DNA of 59,488 nt, taken from IMG/VR virus record IMGVR_UViG_3300032296_001520, positions 1 to 59,488 of that record; one strand, 5' to 3'. A program made the translations under genes and the position numbers. The stretch comes from a virus. Taxonomy: Duplodnaviria; Caudoviricetes. Under the pieces are notes generated by a model. It saw only the letters and a program-made list of their open reading frames with translations. It ran no database searches and was not told the origin of the DNA. This document shows, piece by piece, positions 54,350 to 59,488 of this stretch (the stretch's first letter is position 1; each line of letters opens with the position of its first letter).

Positions 54350-55794
54350 ATCTTCGACCTTTCCTCAACTGTCAGACCATTGGTCGTGACGCCTCCGTTG
54401 GCAGACCGTATCTTCGCGAGACGGGCTGACTCCTGACCGCAGATTACATTAAACGCCCACTTGTCAGGATGCGAGTAACCCCTGTTTCTTCCGATATTTC
54501 TTAAAATAGTAAAGCGCCTGCTTAGATCTGATACGGCTGCCGCCTGCTTTGCGTCCTCAGCCCGGCTGATCTGTACTAGCTCACCCTCCACCTGCTGCAC
54601 CTTGCGGGACTTCAACTGATAGACATGGCCACACTTCGGGCAGGCCGGGGATGGGCGGTGCATAGCAAAACATGCAGGGCAGCTTCGGACAGACGGAACG
54701 GACTCGTCACTCTGCTTCTTCCGCGCCCTTTCGGATGTGAGCACCCACTCTCGATGTTCATCAATGAAGCCGTGCATCTTCGTATTACCGGCATGGTCAA
54801 GAACGATTGTCTTGTGCTTACCGGGAGATGTCCTGATGGCCCTGCCCACCTGCTGCAAATACATCGACAAGCTCTTCGTCGGCCTGAGTAAGATGGCAAC
54901 TTCGATGGCGGGAAGGTCGAAGCCCTCGCTGATCAAGTCGCAGCTCGTCAGAATCTGGATCTCGCCGGCCTCGAATTTCGCAAGGATGCCGTCGCGCTCT
55001 TTATCGTCCATGCCCCCATCGACATGACTTGCATGATAGCCCGCGTTACGAAAGTCCTCAGCGACATCCTTAGCGTGTTTGATACTGACGCAGAAGGCCA
55101 CAGCTCTGCGACCGGGAGCAAGCTTAGTGTAGTGAGCGACGGCGCTGCCAGTGATCGACGGCTTATCCATCGTCTCTTCTAAGTCCTTTGTAACGTAGTC
55201 ACCCATTCTGGTGCGCGTGCTCGTCAAGTCGGGTTTGCTTGGCGCATAGACTTCGGCAGGTGATAAAAACCCCTGCTCGGTCAACTCAGCGACCGTGGGG
55301 CCAATGACCATATCATCAAACAAAAGGCCCAGCCCCTTACCGTCAAGGCGCTCAGGCGTGGCCGTAACCCCTAGTACGCGGGCATTGGGAAACGCATTAA
55401 CCACCTTGCCCCATGTTGAGTCCGGCGTGAAGTGATGCGCCTCATCCCCGATGATCAGGTCGGGTTCTGGAAATCTTTTTAACCTACGCGCCAACGTGAA
55501 CACAGATGCAACGACGACATTCGCGCGCGGCACTCCCATTGTTCCCGCTACGAGAATGGCGTGACGAACCCCCACGTTCTTCAGCGCCTTACTGATCTGC
55601 GTGAGAAGTTCGCGCCTGTGCGCGATAATGACGACGCGCTTATCGTTGCGCGCCATGCCTGCGGCTATATAGCTGAAGGCTAGCGTCTTGCCGCTGCCGG
55701 TAGGACTCACCAATAGCGTGCGTTTATTCCCTTGCCTGAAGCTATCTCGGACAGCCTCAATAGCGCGCTCTTGATAATCTCTAAGCTGCACCAT
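54313..55794 (-). CDS. Superfamily 2 DEAH helicase with C-terminal Zn finger
   Basis: LRDYQ, PTGSGKT, DEAHH, TATP.R.DG, EGFDLP, QQVGR..R; CPAC/CPKC. Confidence 0.93.
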   Translation of the reverse strand: MVQLRDYQERAIEAVRDSFRQGNKRTLLVSPTGSGKTLAFSYIAAGMARNDKRVVIIAHRRELLTQISKALKNVGVRHAILVAGTMGVPRANVVVASVFTLARRLKRFPEPDLIIGDEAHHFTPDSTWGKVVNAFPNARVLGVTATPERLDGKGLGLLFDDMVIGPTVAELTEQGFLSPAEVYAPSKPDLTSTRTRMGDYVTKDLEETMDKPSITGSAVAHYTKLAPGRRAVAFCVSIKHAKDVAEDFRNAGYHASHVDGGMDDKERDGILAKFEAGEIQILTSCDLISEGFDLPAIEVAILLRPTKSLSMYLQQVGRAIRTSPGKHKTIVLDHAGNTKMHGFIDEHREWVLTSERARKKQSDESVPSVRSCPACFAMHRPSPACPKCGHVYQLKSRKVQQVEGELVQISRAEDAKQAAAVSDLSRRFTILRNIGRNRGYSHPDKWAFNVICGQESARLAKIRSANGGVTTNGLTVEERSKIWNATIGMATSS

Positions 55795-55800
55795 GTGCCA

Positions 55801-55989
55801 TCACTTCCACTTTCTTTTACGCAGCTCACGGTCAAGGATTCCTTCAGCTTCTGACGGATTGATGCCATATGCCCTGATCAGCTCTATTGCCTGAGCCTTC
55901 TTCAGCCTGTCATCCGTCCATTGGCTGACCATGATCTCCGCCATCTGGACGTTCTGGCTTGGCATGTTCTTAAACTTACGATTTGCCAT
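55801..55989 (-). CDS. Hypothetical protein
   Basis: Likely start MANRKFK after AGGGAG RBS. Confidence 0.55.
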   Translation of the reverse strand: MANRKFKNMPSQNVQMAEIMVSQWTDDRLKKAQAIELIRAYGINPSEAEGILDRELRKRKWK

Positions 55990-58408
55990 TGTCTTCTCCC
56001 TTGTCATGAATGGGCCATTGGGCGATTGGCAAATAGATCGCCCTGCTAACCTCCCCACCAAAGCGTAAGCTCTTCTCACTTTTCCTACAGGACGGATTGC
56101 GCTGTAAAACCTTTTGCCAGCCGTGCGCGTAAACAGATGTTTGCATCAATTTATTCAATGGCATCACGTTGGTAGCTACCCAGATGCCGAGATTTCCATC
56201 TTCAATTTTCAACCCATAACGCCCCAAAGTCGCGGCAGCCTTTGCCGGTGTTATATCGGCATCGTAGTAAGGATTGATCAACTCATGAATGATCTCGCCA
56301 ATAGCGCGATCCTGCGTGCCGTTGCGAGTCTCTACCCTGATCATGCTACCACAAATGTGATGGAGTAAGGCGATGTCTTCACGCACAGATTGTACGGACG
56401 TGAAGTCGGACCAGTCATACGCATCCAGATATTTCTCGCACGCCCTGCGGCTAATGAGCAAACGTGAACTTAAGGAATATGCTCCGGCCAACAAGGTTCC
56501 GAGCTGATCACCAATGCGTCGGTTCGCCATTGATGTTGCGATAACCTCTTTGAAAGTCTCGATGTTTTTTCTCAATGTCCAAATGTTATTGAGCTGCCGA
56601 GCCAAAAGACGTTGTGGCATGTCGCGCGGGATTTCGAATGTGAGTTGCTGTAGCTTTTTGAACTGGGCCTCGTTCTTCTTCATCTCCTCTAAGTTATACG
56701 CCTCATTTGGCAGTAAGGTAACAACGGCTGTGCGCGTGAGGTCGGCGGCCTCGGTCAAACCGACACCGATGGACGCCAGCAAAAACGATGATCGCACAGA
56801 GAAAGAACGGCTCTCGTGATTAGCGCTCCCTTTTAAGATTAATCCGCGTGTGTCTGATGATGACTGACGCATTAGCTGGATGATGGCATGACGACGGTCG
56901 GCATCGGCCTTGTCGTCCTCGACCTCATCAAAGACAATGGGCCGCGCGTCATTACCAATTGCTTGTCTTAAACCAGCTTCGGTCGTCGCCCCGATGGGGT
57001 ATAGCGCAATATGCCCGAATAACGATCCGACCAGTTTATCCACCACAAATGATTTACCAGAGCCTTGGTTGCCCGTGACCCAGCAGTGCGTCCGCCAAGG
57101 CAGCCCTCCACCGATAGGGGCTGTCGCTACAAACCCGGCCAACAAGTCAGCATGAACGGGGGATTGCCAGCGCAACATCTTTATTATTTCGCGTATGTGC
57201 AATCCCTCCTCATCTGTGGCCGGCGTAATATAATCTACGCCATCGCCTTCGTCTGCGATGATCGGGCGCGTGGCGCGATATATCCAGCGGGACCGAATGC
57301 GGGAGCATGGTATTTCACGGACATCTTTATCGGGGCGTCCAAGATAGAGCGTGTTACCCGCATGAAGAACAACCCGTTCCTTGCCGTGCATATCCTTATC
57401 AATCCACACGCCACGACCGCGCTCCATATCGGGGTTGTAAACGCCAGCCGCAAAACACTTGTCCATGACATCAGCGCCTGCCTTCAACCAAAAAGCCTTG
57501 CCTGACGCGGGGTCTACTTGATCTCTCCAATAGTACTCGTCGTTCACGATCTCTCGCAGTGATGTTTCGGTCATGAGCTTGGCCGCTGTGTATTCGTTAA
57601 TCTGCTTGGCGCTCTCCGGCATGACGAAATAGATCTGGTTGTCGTAACCCAATGGCCGATAGCGTCTGGTGACGGACATGTCAGGATCGTCTCCTTCGAT
57701 GTCCATTGCAATCGATGCGGCCTGAGCCAATGGGGGTGCGTCCTCAAGCACAACGGCGTCACGCAATCCAATGCGAAGCATCTGGTTAATCATGGATGTC
57801 GTGACCTTGGGCGGCAACTGATCCGCTAGATCCCAACCTTCAGGGAATGATGGTGGAACGCCAACCATATATGACGGTACGCCATAGGACGATAGATACT
57901 TACGAATCGCGTCCCCTACTTCGATTCCGGGCTTGTCATTGTCTGGCCAGATCACACATGTGTGACCCTTCAGCGCGGACCAATCGGTTTTCTCAGCGGC
58001 ATTCGCGCCCCCTTGCCATGTGGTCACGACCCAGCCTTCAGGAACGAAACCCTGCGCCGCATTGGCTGCCTTCTCTCCCTCGACAATGAGCACGGGGGCG
58101 ATAGGTGACGCCGCCAGCATGTCGCTGTTATAGAGTGGGCGATTATCGCCGAACCCAGATGTGATGAAGCTCTTTCCATTCCACACAATCGGGCGGATTT
58201 CTTTGCGCTTACCCTCTGGGTTCCACCGCGCAACAGCCCCGAATGCAGAGCCGTCACTCATCCGATAGATCCACAGTGCGGCGGGCTCTCCTCCCATTGC
58301 GTCCATTAACTTCTTCGGAACCACGACAGGCTCCGGCATGGGTGTGACGATAGGGTCCACCTTCGTCACGTCGATTGCCTCGACGTTCGTCAAGTCAACC
58401 TTAAGCAT
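55976..58408 (-). CDS. Primase-helicase (Toprim plus P-loop ATPase)
   Basis: RPLY, IVEGEKAA, TW.GG, IWPDND.PG and GWDLAD (Toprim); GNQGSGKS Walker A, IVFDE Walker B. Confidence 0.88.
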   Translation of the reverse strand: MLKVDLTNVEAIDVTKVDPIVTPMPEPVVVPKKLMDAMGGEPAALWIYRMSDGSAFGAVARWNPEGKRKEIRPIVWNGKSFITSGFGDNRPLYNSDMLAASPIAPVLIVEGEKAANAAQGFVPEGWVVTTWQGGANAAEKTDWSALKGHTCVIWPDNDKPGIEVGDAIRKYLSSYGVPSYMVGVPPSFPEGWDLADQLPPKVTTSMINQMLRIGLRDAVVLEDAPPLAQAASIAMDIEGDDPDMSVTRRYRPLGYDNQIYFVMPESAKQINEYTAAKLMTETSLREIVNDEYYWRDQVDPASGKAFWLKAGADVMDKCFAAGVYNPDMERGRGVWIDKDMHGKERVVLHAGNTLYLGRPDKDVREIPCSRIRSRWIYRATRPIIADEGDGVDYITPATDEEGLHIREIIKMLRWQSPVHADLLAGFVATAPIGGGLPWRTHCWVTGNQGSGKSFVVDKLVGSLFGHIALYPIGATTEAGLRQAIGNDARPIVFDEVEDDKADADRRHAIIQLMRQSSSDTRGLILKGSANHESRSFSVRSSFLLASIGVGLTEAADLTRTAVVTLLPNEAYNLEEMKKNEAQFKKLQQLTFEIPRDMPQRLLARQLNNIWTLRKNIETFKEVIATSMANRRIGDQLGTLLAGAYSLSSRLLISRRACEKYLDAYDWSDFTSVQSVREDIALLHHICGSMIRVETRNGTQDRAIGEIIHELINPYYDADITPAKAAATLGRYGLKIEDGNLGIWVATNVMPLNKLMQTSVYAHGWQKVLQRNPSCRKSEKSLRFGGEVSRAIYLPIAQWPIHDKGEDNGKS

Positions 58409-58793
58409 GGTCCAACCCAAGCATCTCGGCAAAACCTTTCACTGTGTCGGCGATTGTCCCGCCAAATAATTTCATTGAAAGATCGAGCATGTCACCCTGC
58501 TCGCCAGTGGTGAACTCCTTCCACCTGCCGGTGCTCATAGACACACCGAGCGATGGGCTTCTGTCCTCACGCCACGGGGTGCAGGCTAACCACCACCCGC
58601 CCTGACGCTTGCCTTTGGGGAGCCAACGGCGGCACAGCGCTTCATAATGAGAAGGGCCAAGTCGATCTTTGATGTCCTGAATAGAGTGGGACCGGGAGTG
58701 TGACGGCTTGGAAGGGCGCGGAAAGGTGTCGCGGCTGCTCGAAGCTCCGTGGTTTTTAGGCGCGCCTTGGACATTCCCACGGTTCCCGGTCAT
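58401..58793 (-). CDS. Primase N-terminal zinc-binding-like domain as a separate ORF
   Basis: LP.GKR.G.WW....PWR.DR.PSL.V...TG.W..F.TGE.GD..DL. Confidence 0.7.
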   Translation of the reverse strand: MTGNRGNVQGAPKNHGASSSRDTFPRPSKPSHSRSHSIQDIKDRLGPSHYEALCRRWLPKGKRQGGWWLACTPWREDRSPSLGVSMSTGRWKEFTTGEQGDMLDLSMKLFGGTIADTVKGFAEMLGLDHA

Positions 58794-58973
58794 GTCTTTC
58801 TACCTTTGCAGGAAGAAGGGGTCAAATAAATTAGTGTCATGCTTATCCTTTCAAGCCCAGCCGTCACAGCGGGGAGTCGATCATGGGGTAACTGGTAGCC
58901 CTATGTCAACGGGTGGAAAAAATTTATCTTGCTTTGGTGATGTTTTTTGCCAGCTTAGCTGGGTCGCTTCTGT

Positions 58974-59396
58974 TTACAACAACCCCAATGCGGAGAGACG
59001 TGCATTTATCAAATTAACCGCGTCTTCTCTAGCCATCTCATATCCGATGCACCTTGGGTCTGTGCAGCTTTCGTCATCGAAGTCGATAAGCATGTCCTCG
59101 ATTTCTGCGCGAATACTGATCAGCGCATTACCCATCTCCACAGTCTCAGCTTTTTGCAATTTGCAATCGGGACAGATGGCAGCCTTATTCTTAATATCGC
59201 TAATAAAGCTACGCCCATAAATACAATAGCACTGCCCATCGGATAATAGGGGTGGCGTCCAAAATGCAACTACGCCATTGCCGATATTGGACCGCTCAAC
59301 GATGCGTGCCAGCTCGGCTGCTACGTCCTTATTGCTAGATGAGTCATTCATCATCACAACATATCCATTCGTTATTACCATGTCAGAGTCGCTCAC
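58974..59396 (-). CDS. Hypothetical Cys-containing protein
   Basis: 140 aa; GGAG RBS before GTG; CPDC. Confidence 0.6.
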   Translation of the reverse strand: MSDSDMVITNGYVVMMNDSSSNKDVAAELARIVERSNIGNGVVAFWTPPLLSDGQCYCIYGRSFISDIKNKAAICPDCKLQKAETVEMGNALISIRAEIEDMLIDFDDESCTDPRCIGYEMAREDAVNLINARLSALGLL

Positions 59397-59488
59397 GATC
59401 TTTCTCCATATTATTTGCCAGCCTCACCCTATGATGTGGAGCCAGCCGCGCGGCGAACGCGGGCTTCTAGGAAAGGCTCCATCCTCTA
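59366..59488. repeat. Terminal direct repeat, right copy
   Basis: Identical to 1-123. Confidence 0.95.

Noticed and set aside
1-59488. tRNA genes, integrase, DGR or retron reverse transcriptase, genome-wide stop-codon reassignment
   Set aside because: No cloverleaf, recombinase or RT motifs seen; the 85-bp repeat has a single non-adenine mismatch, unlike a DGR TR/VR pair; genes are intact under the standard code.

Overview
The window is an apparently complete, circularly assembled dsDNA phage genome: bases 1-123 are repeated exactly at 59366-59488, giving a unit length of about 59,365 bp. The gene set is podovirus-like, with no tape measure or sheath gene but large ejection-type proteins. 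One leftward arm starts at about 15.9 kb. It carries about 50 small early/accessory genes, two DNA methyltransferases, a DUF5131 protein and repeat proteins, then continues across the contig join into primase, SF2 helicase, VRR-NUC, YqaJ, RecT and SSB, ending at 51.3 kb. One rightward arm (17.0-51.3 kb) encodes TerS, an intein-containing TerL, portal, GroES, scaffold, capsid, tail, a lysis cassette (GH19 endolysin, spanins) and ejection/polyvalent proteins. I recognised no integrase, DNA or RNA polymerase, tRNA or CRISPR array. The spanins imply a Gram-negative host. The most notable observations are: (1) two tandem type II pseudoknotted hammerhead ribozymes bracketing one early ORF, whose double cleavage would release a 297-nt RNA that could circularise; (2) three hairpins with covarying stems and a conserved loop in the capsid-operon leader; (3) a C5 methyltransferase with an overprinted second polypeptide; (4) an HNH nuclease inserted in frame into DUF5131 without intein motifs; (5) a class 3 (Ala1/WCT) LAGLIDADG intein in the TerL Walker A loop; and (6) an iteron-flanked AT-rich putative origin. 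All calls come from motif recognition by eye; no database searches or folding programs were run.
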